Virus record (IMG/VR): IMGVR_UViG_3300025117_000005
Coordinates: 1 to 64,000 of that record
DNA length: 64,000 nucleotides
Direction: 5' to 3' (one strand)
Source: a virus
Shown here: piece by piece, positions 48,013 to 57,000 of the stretch
How positions within the stretch are numbered: the stretch's first letter is position 1
Layout of the letters: each line of letters starts with the position of its first letter
The notes under the pieces: generated by a model
Databases searched by the model: none
The model's input: only the letters and a program-made list of their open reading frames with translations
What the model was told of the DNA's origin: nothing
Program-made: the position numbers and the translations under genes

Positions 48013-48225
48013 GCTGTAATCATTAAACAAAACAGCTTGACAGTAAAACATGTGTCGGAATTCCTTACAATAACGAACATCCTTCACAAGCGGCCTTTCC
48101 TGAGCAGCTCGTAACTACCAGTTAATATTGAGAAATAAAAAAGTTACTGACAGTTAAATTATGGTACATAACTTGCATTTACTAAGGGTAAATCAGGAGA
48201 GACACAGGAAGGGAGGAAAAGGGAA

Positions 48226-48414
48226 ATGAGAAAATCTACCAACCAGTACAAGGCAGGGCAGCTCCAGAACGGCTACGACTACGATCTCCAGTGCTGGGTT
48301 GTCAATGGGCTTGTGGTCCGCTGTGGACATCTGGAATCGATGAAATGCACCTGTAACGGTAGGATCTACGAGGGTACGAAGATCACACAGGCCAGGGCAG
48401 AGTTAGGATTGTAA
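48226..48414 (+). CDS. Small hypothetical protein
   Basis: GGAGG SD; NGYDY..QCWV.NG...RCGH....C.C. Confidence 0.65.
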   Translation: MRKSTNQYKAGQLQNGYDYDLQCWVVNGLVVRCGHLESMKCTCNGRIYEGTKITQARAELGL

Positions 48415-48473
48415 CCCCTAAAAGAAGCAAAAAGGAGATCACCGGGAAGTACCAGGAGGGACACTTTGACGGC

Positions 48474-48929
48474 ATGCAAGACCTTTACGAATACAACCAG
48501 TCGGTATTCCCACATCTTTTTGGTGGCGCGAAGTATGTTTTTGAAAACCGGAAGTATTCACAGGGTTTTATTTCCCGCATTGCCGAAGACTTTGGAATCC
48601 AGATCACCTTCACCCAATACGGGAGCCACAAAAGCGGAGATTTTGAAAAAGACCGGATGATAAGCCGCGCTATGCAAGAAACCAGCTTTTACACCCCGCC
48701 AGACCCCACACAGACCCCGCCGCCCGAGGTATCCACAGGAGACGTATCAATCCGGAAGAACGAAGAGAAGAACGGCATTGAAGTAAAATTTCCTTCCAAG
48801 CCAGCACCCGAGGTCATTGACTATCTCAAAGCAAACGGTTTCAGATGGAGCAAATTTCAGAGCCTTTGGTACGCCAGGCATAACGACAGCCTTTTAAACC
48901 AGATCACCGAACGGCTACAGGCAGCTTAA
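48474..48929 (+). CDS. Polyvalent-protein-type domain protein (truncated LPD29-like + GFRW domain)
   Basis: In-frame upstream KYQEGHFDG-MQDLYEY, FGGAKYVF; NGIEVKFPSKP...LKANGFRWS....WYA. Confidence 0.6.
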   Translation: MQDLYEYNQSVFPHLFGGAKYVFENRKYSQGFISRIAEDFGIQITFTQYGSHKSGDFEKDRMISRAMQETSFYTPPDPTQTPPPEVSTGDVSIRKNEEKNGIEVKFPSKPAPEVIDYLKANGFRWSKFQSLWYARHNDSLLNQITERLQAA

Positions 48930-48957
48930 CCCCAAACCCAACAAGGAGGGAAACACC

Positions 48958-49647
48958 ATGGACCAGAAGAAACCCGTCATCACCGCAATCCTGTCAGGCC
49001 ACACGTCACCAGAGACCGCCCACCTCGTTAATGACTACCCGTATGGGTTCCGGCTCCGCTGCAAAATCCGGTACTGGCTGGAACACCACCCGAAGAAGGG
49101 AAGCCGGTTTTGCTCACAGACCACCAACCCCAAATGCGCCGGAGAACCCTGGAACAAACCCAAGGCGAGCACATACGCCTATTTGGCCGGCTGCATGTAC
49201 CTGAACGAAGAGGGACATGTCACGTGGGCAGCCCTGGACGAGTACACGACCGCCCAGGAATCGATTGACTGGTACGAGACATACAAAACCGGGTTGACCC
49301 CGGAAGTCGCCGCCAGAGTAGAGAAGTGGATCCGCGCCAAACTCAATTACGAAGAAAAACTGAACACGGGACAGATCAAAATTACGGTAACCAGTGAACC
49401 CATATCACCACACCCAGACCGGAAACACTTTGGCCCCGAACGCTATGCCCAAGGGAATATTAAGGAGGGGGAGACATTCAGTATTTCGAGCCACATGGGA
49501 GGCTCATTCACCGTTGAATTCATGGGATGGGATGACGACAACAAGGGACTTTGGCAGGTCACTAACGAAGGCTGGCAAGGGTCCGTGTACTCATTCACCG
49601 CCGAGGAAGCAGCCCAACGGCTATTTATTTACACCGAACCAGCTTAA
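48958..49647 (+). CDS. Hypothetical early protein
   Basis: AAGGAGG SD; GHTSPETA.LV.DYPYGFRLRC.IRYW.E, WNKPK.STY. Confidence 0.75.
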   Translation: MDQKKPVITAILSGHTSPETAHLVNDYPYGFRLRCKIRYWLEHHPKKGSRFCSQTTNPKCAGEPWNKPKASTYAYLAGCMYLNEEGHVTWAALDEYTTAQESIDWYETYKTGLTPEVAARVEKWIRAKLNYEEKLNTGQIKITVTSEPISPHPDRKHFGPERYAQGNIKEGETFSISSHMGGSFTVEFMGWDDDNKGLWQVTNEGWQGSVYSFTAEEAAQRLFIYTEPA

Positions 49648-49701
49648 CCCTCCAATCACAACCGACGCGCCCGACATAACACCGAGGCAGAGAGGCAAAC
49701 C

Positions 49702-49908
49702 ATGTTACACCTATCAGGCCAGGACTGGACAGACCTTGAGAGACTACACCGGGACGCGTACTATTTTCTTCTACACCGCTCCCTGTACCGAGAGCGGATA
49801 AGCCTGCTATCCTGCCACCCCAACCAACTGAACGACTGGCAGACCCGCAGACTCGATGAATTGAACGCCCTGAACACAAACACCGGGAACAGTTTAGACA
49901 ACCTGTAA
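49702..49908 (+). CDS. Hypothetical protein
   Basis: GAGG SD. Confidence 0.5.
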   Translation: MLHLSGQDWTDLERLHRDAYYFLLHRSLYRERISLLSCHPNQLNDWQTRRLDELNALNTNTGNSLDNL

Positions 49909-49925
49909 CCACGGAGGCACCAGAC

Positions 49926-50867
49926 ATGCAGCCTTTTACATTTCCCCCGACCCACAGCACGACTCGAGGATTTTGTATCAACGATGACCACAACGAACAG
50001 CATTGCATTCTGGACGATCCGAACCTTTGTAAATGGGATTTCTTCTCACAATGCGCCGAGGCCAACCCCGAGAAGGCCCGAGCTGTTGGCAAGACCAGGA
50101 AGCCCAGGAAATCATTTTACACCGACGAGGCACCCACCCCACACCACACCCCAAGCCCCCGAACACCCCCAGCCCCGGAGGGAAGGGAGAGGCAACCCGC
50201 CGCCCCCCTTCCCGCCCACCTCAATTCCCATGGGGATAGTGGGGATTCTGCCCCCCCCGCGCCAGACGAGGCCGGAGACAAGAGCAATCAGGCCGAGCTA
50301 CCCCCGGACCCGCAGGAAGAGAAACCGCCTTATGAAGCAAAAGGCCAGTTGATTGAAATGGGTAATGGTAATATCGATGTTACTTTTGACATGGCGACAG
50401 ATACCCTCAAGCGACTGGCACGCCAAGAAACCAAGACATCAAAAGAATTTGCGGCTCTACTCTCCCAGGTAAAGGACCAATATTTTTCCGGACGTGGGAA
50501 AAAGGCTGGCTGGAAGAAGTACATTGAAAACCAGATCGGTTATAGCTACCAACACGCCCAATCTCTCTTAAAGGCCCACTCGACCCCGATCATCCTGGAG
50601 TTTTGGGACCAACTTGGAGTGTTTAAGGTCCGCCTGCTATCCCGATGCAAGGGCGAGCTCACCACTGACACCATTAACTCTATCCTGCCAATCACCACCC
50701 GGGAGGCCCAACAAATCCTTTTCCCCCGCCAACCCCGAGGGGGCAAGACGAGCCCAGTAAGCCACCTGATTGACCGGCTCCGGAAGATCACACCCGAAAA
50801 CCTGGACATGAAAGGACGGCAGGCACTCATTAAGGCACTGCTGGAACTGTTGAAAAATCTGAAATGA
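49926..50867 (+). CDS. Hypothetical protein with Pro-rich linker and DUF3102-like helical domain
   Basis: GGAGG SD; LLSQVK...GWKKYIE..IGYSYQHAQ.L. Confidence 0.6.
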   Translation: MQPFTFPPTHSTTRGFCINDDHNEQHCILDDPNLCKWDFFSQCAEANPEKARAVGKTRKPRKSFYTDEAPTPHHTPSPRTPPAPEGRERQPAAPLPAHLNSHGDSGDSAPPAPDEAGDKSNQAELPPDPQEEKPPYEAKGQLIEMGNGNIDVTFDMATDTLKRLARQETKTSKEFAALLSQVKDQYFSGRGKKAGWKKYIENQIGYSYQHAQSLLKAHSTPIILEFWDQLGVFKVRLLSRCKGELTTDTINSILPITTREAQQILFPRQPRGGKTSPVSHLIDRLRKITPENLDMKGRQALIKALLELLKNLK

Positions 50868-50880
50868 AGGGAGGAACGCT

Positions 50881-51045
50881 ATGTGGAAATGCACGACGCA
50901 GGCAAGAGCCTTAAACATCCTGTCAGAATTACAGTCTGAGGGACACCACCATCTCTGTTATGGCCGATCCATTTACGACAATCACTGGTACATTGGAACC
51001 CGGGACGAACTGAAAGCCATCGGGATCATCGAGGTGAACCCATGA
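50881..51045 (+). CDS. Small hypothetical protein (not in ORF track)
   Basis: GGAGG SD; MWKCTTQARAL...; ATGA coupling to the next gene. Confidence 0.5.
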   Translation: MWKCTTQARALNILSELQSEGHHHLCYGRSIYDNHWYIGTRDELKAIGIIEVNP

Positions 51046-51224
51046 TCACAGCATATGGACCAACCCAAGTTGTTGACAACCCGTGCCCTACATGTTGTCA
51101 ACCATCGGTAGCGATCCTTGACAACGAAGGCATCATACCCGTGGAATGCTGGACCTGCTTTTTAAAAGCAGCATACGGACTGAGAAAGGAGGATCAGACA
51201 TGTGGCTCTTTATCGTTGGTCTGA
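51042..51224 (+). CDS. Small Zn-ribbon protein
   Basis: CPTC...CWTC. Confidence 0.5.
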   Translation: MITAYGPTQVVDNPCPTCCQPSVAILDNEGIIPVECWTCFLKAAYGLRKEDQTCGSLSLV

Positions 51225-51301
51225 TGATAGGTGGATTTTGCGGGATCGTCCTAATGTCCCTGCTCATTATCAGCAGAGAGGAAGGAGCACCAACACCATG
51301 A
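51200..51301 (+). CDS. Small single-TM peptide (not in ORF track)
   Basis: AAGGAGG SD; MWLFIVGLMIGGFCGIVLMSLLIISR. Confidence 0.55.
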   Translation: MWLFIVGLMIGGFCGIVLMSLLIISREEGAPTP

Positions 51302-51396
51302 AGGAAACCATACGAGACATTATCCTGTCGATTTTTGCAACCCTTTTGTGGACGTGGATCATCATGTCATTGATCCTACACGCCGGGATCGAGTAA
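51298..51396 (+). CDS. Small single-TM peptide
   Basis: AAGGAG SD, ATGA coupling; MKETIRDIILSIFATLLWTWII. Confidence 0.5.
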   Translation: MKETIRDIILSIFATLLWTWIIMSLILHAGIE

Positions 51397-51423
51397 CAGG
51401 GAACAAAGAAAGGAGAAAAGACC

Positions 51424-51900
51424 ATGTGTTGTTGCGACCATCCAAATATTAACGGCCACTTCGGATACTCGTGGGACGGTAAATCAACGGGAGTATACCC
51501 TGTACACCCCCCAGATTTAAAAGAGGGTGACATGCTTCTTCACGACGAACCCGGGAGATGTGGAGGATTAGATTCACACTCATACCACTACCGGGTTGTA
51601 ATGGCTCGTTTTGGGGGATTGTATCTCTACGTAAGGCATGGAGCAGGACAAGAATATATCCGCTTGAGTACGGAGAAAACGCTGAGAGATAGGCTTGCGG
51701 CGATGGACTCAGACACCCGTTATTGGATTTTGGGGGCGATTTATCACGCCTCGTGTGATGCAGATACAAACAGCAGAAACACAACAAACGGTATTTGGCA
51801 ACAGGCCGCAGCAGAGAAACGCATTAAGACTAAGAAGCAACGTGGCAGTGCATCTGTAAGGGTCTGGATTGCAGCGGCCCCCCTACACGCCGGGAGGTGA
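51424..51900 (+). CDS. Hypothetical protein
   Basis: AAGGAG SD; DEPGRCGGLDSHSYH. Confidence 0.7.
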   Translation: MCCCDHPNINGHFGYSWDGKSTGVYPVHPPDLKEGDMLLHDEPGRCGGLDSHSYHYRVVMARFGGLYLYVRHGAGQEYIRLSTEKTLRDRLAAMDSDTRYWILGAIYHASCDADTNSRNTTNGIWQQAAAEKRIKTKKQRGSASVRVWIAAAPLHAGR

Positions 51901-51905
51901 TCATC

Positions 51906-52073
51906 ATGATTCGGGAATGCTGTGAATGCAAAATTATTATGGGAGAGAAAGAACCCTATGAAGATCGATCCGTGACGAGCGGACTCTGTGACCCATGTTT
52001 GCAGCAGGCCCGAGAGAAGATCCGCAAATTCCACGAGCAGCAAAAGCAACAGGAGAAGGAGCAATTATCATGA
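51906..52073 (+). CDS. Small Zn-finger protein (not in ORF track)
   Basis: GGAGGTG SD; MIRECCECK...SGLCDPC. Confidence 0.6.
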   Translation: MIRECCECKIIMGEKEPYEDRSVTSGLCDPCLQQAREKIRKFHEQQKQQEKEQLS

Positions 52074-52588
52074 AACCCTTCGACCACCAAGGAAAACGTT
52101 ACATTATAATAAACGGGAAAGAATACTTCCTGATTCGCGGCTACCGGGACCATGACGGATACCGGGGAAACCTGATCTTTATCCAGGTCGCAGGCCGGAC
52201 CCCGTTGCACAAAGAAGACCTACCGGACCAGGATTGGACCCTGATCAAGACCAAAGGCCCGGAGCACAACGTTTACACCGCGTACCTGGACAAGTATTTC
52301 GACTATGAGCCCCCGGCCCAGGACAAAACCAAGCGGCTGTACTTTATCGGTATGACACCCCGGGGCACCACGTTTTTGATGCTGAACTTTTTGCGGGATG
52401 CCTACAATTTGAGCCCCACGCCCGCCCAGTTCCGGAAGGCTCTTGACGACTGGAAGCCAATACGCCGGGGAGACGTGGAGTATCGGCAGGACCACGGCAA
52501 CAGCGAGGTATCCGCGTTATCCGTGGAGGTTGGCCCGTACAGGATGGACTATGACCGAGCAGTTGACTTGTTTGGTTTGAGAGCGTAA
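52070..52588 (+). CDS. Hypothetical protein
   Basis: Start re-placed at ATGA overlap (MKPFDHQ). Confidence 0.6.
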   Translation: MKPFDHQGKRYIIINGKEYFLIRGYRDHDGYRGNLIFIQVAGRTPLHKEDLPDQDWTLIKTKGPEHNVYTAYLDKYFDYEPPAQDKTKRLYFIGMTPRGTTFLMLNFLRDAYNLSPTPAQFRKALDDWKPIRRGDVEYRQDHGNSEVSALSVEVGPYRMDYDRAVDLFGLRA

Positions 52589-52616
52589 AATCTGAGAAAA
52601 AAAGGAGGATAAGACT

Positions 52617-53171
52617 ATGACCGCACAAGAAATCATCCAGAAAATTGAGGCAGGCGAATACGAGATTAAATATGCGATGAATTGTGGATGCTCTTTTGAC
52701 TGGCATATCGATGGGGACGACATCCAGGACGGCGCAAACAGTGACGAGTGTTGGGAGGGTCAGGTACTGTATGTCGGAGAAGACCAGATTGCCGAGTCTA
52801 TCCGATACGAGGGCCGCCGGGTATTGATGGATGGCATTGATGCAGATGATATTCCCAGCGAGGTATGGGACCAGATGGGCATGTCGGACATGGTAACGCA
52901 GGGAGACAGCCCTAACAATCAGGATCACGAGGATAACCGACGCGCAACCCTCATCGACTGGTTGCAAGAGTTGGTTAACGATGGGTATAAGCTCTATAGA
53001 GACGACCTGCGTAACTTTGCCAACGAGTTTTGTTCCATCCTTGTGAGACCGGACACGGAAGACGCAATTGACGACGATTGGACAGAGCGCACACCGGAAG
53101 GGTGGGCAGGTGATTATTTGTATAATGGGGATGCCGCCACCCAAGCATATAACACCGTCCGGGTTATTTAA
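52617..53171 (+). CDS. Highly acidic hypothetical protein
   Basis: AAGGAGG SD; hand count ~43 D/E vs ~13 K/R in 184 aa. Confidence 0.7.
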   Translation: MTAQEIIQKIEAGEYEIKYAMNCGCSFDWHIDGDDIQDGANSDECWEGQVLYVGEDQIAESIRYEGRRVLMDGIDADDIPSEVWDQMGMSDMVTQGDSPNNQDHEDNRRATLIDWLQELVNDGYKLYRDDLRNFANEFCSILVRPDTEDAIDDDWTERTPEGWAGDYLYNGDAATQAYNTVRVI

Positions 53172-53371
53172 GAGGATAGCCAACCTTATGAACGGACTAC
53201 GACACGTTTTAGGGGGCCACGGGACCCCGAAACCGTGTTACGCCGGGGAGTATGGGTTAGGACATGCCTGTGAATAGCCAGCGACTAACCCAGAAACCCG
53301 GTAACTTGTCAATCCCAGTTTAAATTGTCAAGGATAACTATACCGGGAGTACCGGAACCACGGAGGGAATA

Positions 53372-53620
53372 ATGCGATTTAAATTGAGTACCACATGCCA
53401 CACCTACGATGATCGGGAACAGATCCAGAAATTAAAGGGATTTGGTTTTTTATTTCAGCCATCCCGGCAACACGTCGAGGAATACGAAATCAGCGGGGAA
53501 CCGGAGATGGAAATAACTACTATGGATGATTTGATCACATTTTTACGGGCATGCGAAGAACTCATCATCCTGGACGTGGACCCTCTATCAATAGAGATCT
53601 ACGACGGACACAGAGAATAA
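53372..53620 (+). CDS. Small acidic phage protein
   Basis: GGAGG SD; C-terminal IEIYDGHRE. Confidence 0.65.
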   Translation: MRFKLSTTCHTYDDREQIQKLKGFGFLFQPSRQHVEEYEISGEPEMEITTMDDLITFLRACEELIILDVDPLSIEIYDGHRE

Positions 53621-53637
53621 ACAGGAGGAATAAACCC

Positions 53638-53847
53638 ATGTCTACCACCTATTCCATAGCGTGTAGAGACTGCAAACAACATCTATGGATCGCTCAGAGC
53701 CACAGTGGTCAAGGATACATTTATATAGCACCACAGAATGTAAAAGCGTTATACGACTTTCTGACAGCCCACAGACGTCACAACCTGATTTATGATGAAA
53801 ATTGCGAATCCGAAATAGCGGAATACATTGAGGTGGAAGTATCGTAA
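53638..53847 (+). CDS. Small hypothetical protein
   Basis: Start re-placed at MSTTYSIACRDC (AGGAGG SD). Confidence 0.6.
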   Translation: MSTTYSIACRDCKQHLWIAQSHSGQGYIYIAPQNVKALYDFLTAHRRHNLIYDENCESEIAEYIEVEVS

Positions 53848-53868
53848 AAAAAGGAAAGCGAGGAACCC

Positions 53869-54039
53869 ATGAAAATAATCATTCTCAAAATCTTATTTCG
53901 CATGTTTCTTTGGATTTACCCGAACGATCATTGCACGGTCCACGACAAGCAGGATCGGGTTTTACTGTTTACGACCATCCCGCCTTTAGGTACAACGAGA
54001 ACCATTACAATTTGGAAAAGCATTCAGTCAGAGGAATAA
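53869..54039 (+). CDS. Small hypothetical protein (not in ORF track)
   Basis: GAGGA SD; MKIIILKILFRMFLW... Confidence 0.4.
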   Translation: MKIIILKILFRMFLWIYPNDHCTVHDKQDRVLLFTTIPPLGTTRTITIWKSIQSEE

Positions 54040-54043
54040 ACCC

Positions 54044-57000
54044 ATGGCTTACCACTCCAACAAATTCAAACACTGGGACGTACCGCACCCAGGACCGATA
54101 CAGAGCGAGGAACCCATGACCGAAGCCGAAGAGATATTGACCGACACGGGACGCGCGGCAAACCATGATTTGTCGTTCCGCCGATGGTCCGCTTCCCGCC
54201 ACGCACAATATTTTACAAATATGCGCGTCTCGAATCTTTTGTGTTCCATGGTAGCCTTGCTCCTGCCAACTCCGGAAAGCATCAAGCTCCTGCACGTCCT
54301 TGACCCCACATGCGGAACCGGACGCCTGCTCTATCCGTTCAAACGCAAGGAGGCCCGGGTTGTCGGGGTAGAACTGGACAAAGAGCAGAGCGACAAGGCA
54401 AAGCAGCTTCTGGGAAAGGAAGCCGTCAGGCCCGGCTCAATTCTGGACTACGCGCAGTACCTGGAATCCTCTTTCGATATCGTAGTCACCAACCCGCCCT
54501 ACGGTATCCTGTGGAGCCAGGAAGACACGCCATTTGAGTTTGAAGGATTGTCCTACGCAAAGAACATCGAGAGCCAGAACGCCACCCTTCAAATCTGTCA
54601 CAAGGCGCTTAAAGGTCACGGCTGGATGTTTGCAATCATCCCTACCAGCTCATTCACCAACGACAAAGACAGCTCGCTCCGGCAGTACCTGTACCATAAT
54701 TTTACCGTGTGCTTTCGGGCAACCCTGAACGGACTGTTTAAGGAGGAATACGGCATTGACGTCCAGGTTGACCTTGTGGCTGCGGCGCGGAAGGGGTATG
54801 GGCATGACAGGTCATCCCTTAAACCGATCGAACTGGACGCAACAGACCCGCTTTTAGAGCAAAAGGTGATTGAGGCATGGAAGCCAATTGCCCAGGCCCT
54901 GGGCATCCCCGCATATAACCTCTATGACCACGAAACCGCCGTACCTTTTTTGAACAACCTGATTGAGATGCCAGTTTCAACAAATGCTGAAATCACGGCC
55001 CGGGGTGTAAAGGCCGACCCGACCAGCCTTGCTATGATGGACTTCTATAATGAAACTTTGAGATTTTACAACCCCGTGGTAGGAAAGCCGACCGGGATCA
55101 AAGACGCTTTCCTTGAGGCCCCCGCACTCTGTAAGCGTGGAGTAGAGAAGGCTGAGGAAATATTGACGGCGATCGGTTACAATGTGACGGTCACAGATAC
55201 AGCCCGGAAGAAGATTGCCGCCCTACAAGAGAAATTCAAGCTGCTATCCATCCCGATCTACCCCCCGAAGGACCACCAGTTACTTGCCTACTTCGACGAG
55301 AGAGAGTACACGGCGAAGGCCGACGTTTATGACATCACGGAAGACAACGAGTACAGACAGGATCACCGGGATAATGGACAGGGCAAAAACCCCGTCATCC
55401 TCTTTAAGAAGGGGAAGGCCTACCACCTGAAGCCATCATGGGTACGACAAAAGGAGTGCGCCGGGATTGAGGTTATCGGAGAAGGCAAACAGCAGAAGAC
55501 CATCACGACCGAGATCGACCGCGGGTTTCTGTCAATCTCCGTGGACACCGAGCAGGGTAACCGCGAGTTCAGGGAACCCGAGCCAATGGAGGTAGCTCTT
55601 TTTTTAGAAGCATTTGATTTACCAGTAGTGAACGACATCATGACCGAGAGGCCCGAGCAGGTCAAGGCATGGAAGGCAAAACTTCTTAAAACGTATCCAC
55701 ATGTTTTTACCCCTGAGTTCGACTACCAAGCCGAAGACCTGTCACGGATCCTCACAAAGACAAAATCCGCGTACATCGGTTACGATATGGGAGGGGGTAA
55801 GAGCGTGTCGGCCCTTGCATTTCACGCCGTCCGCAACGTCAAGCGAGTTCTGGTTGTCTGTCAATCTTCGCTGGTAGACAACTGGACCAATGAGGCCGAG
55901 AAGTTTGGATTTAAGGCCCAGAGATTAACCAACCATAAATCGATTGACCTGTTACTACAGGCCATCGACAGTAAAACCGAATCACCCGGAACGACGTTTT
56001 ACATCACATCCTATGAATTCCTATCCCTTGACACCGGCAAGGTATATGACCCCTGGACCTGTGTTAAATACGATAAGGACGGGAACGAGCGCCACCGGGT
56101 AGAGGGGAACCGAGGCCGGACATGCCAGCAGTGCAATACTGAATATTCATCCCTGCAAAGGGAGTGCCCGAAGTGCAAGGCCAAGGAGGAATGGACCGGG
56201 GAACAGTGTTTGAAATGCGGGTACAGCGCATACACTTATTCGTCGAAGCTGAAGCAGTACCCCGCATACCGAAGAATCAACAAGCTGTTTCGCTCAGTGA
56301 TTATCGACGAGAGCCAGCAGGCAAAATCGAAATCCAGCTTTCGCGGCCAGGCCGTCAGAGCCCTCCACGCCAAGAGCAGACTGGAATTGACCGGCACATT
56401 GATGAAGGGCTACATCACAGACACCTTTTTCAATCTTGGATATGTGGCCCACCATAACAACCCACTGTTCCCGTACCGGTTCGACAGGAGAGGAAGCAAG
56501 CTATTTGCGGAAGAGTTCAGCACGTTCGAATTCAAGTCAATCGAGTTTGAGGACACACTTTCAAGAGGCCGCAAAAAGGAATTACCAGAGGTCTCTAACC
56601 TGAACCGGTTCTGGAAGATCCTTGCAGCGTTCGCAGTGCGCCGCCTCAAAGACGATATGGTGAAACTCCCTCCTAAGTACCGGCGCATTATGGCCCTACC
56701 CCTGGACCCCGCACACGCGACCGAGTACGGGATTGCAGCCAGTAACGCAAAGGAAAAGATCGACCGGGAAATGAGAAAGCCAGAGGAAGAGATCAACATG
56801 GGTGTCATTTCGAAAGCCCTGTGGTCTATGAGGTTCGCGGCCACCGTCCCTAGGATCTACCCGCAGGATAACGTCAAGATCCGGAAGGCAATCGAAATCA
56901 CCGCAGAGGCCAGAGCCAAAGGGGAAAAGACAATCGTATTTTCCGCACTCCGGGAAATGCAACTCACACTACACCAGGAGTTTGAACGCCGAGGCATCAA

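Noticed and set aside
47262-48087. Short ORFs in the divergent intergenic region
   Set aside because: No SDs, overlap predicted promoters, low-complexity translations
52344-53183. 279-aa minus-strand ORF
   Set aside because: Antisense to well-supported plus-strand genes with strong SDs
53303-53332. Two TTGTCAA motifs forming an imperfect inverted repeat (possible antisense promoter or operator)
   Set aside because: No convincing -10 at 17 bp and only a weak match to the operator motif
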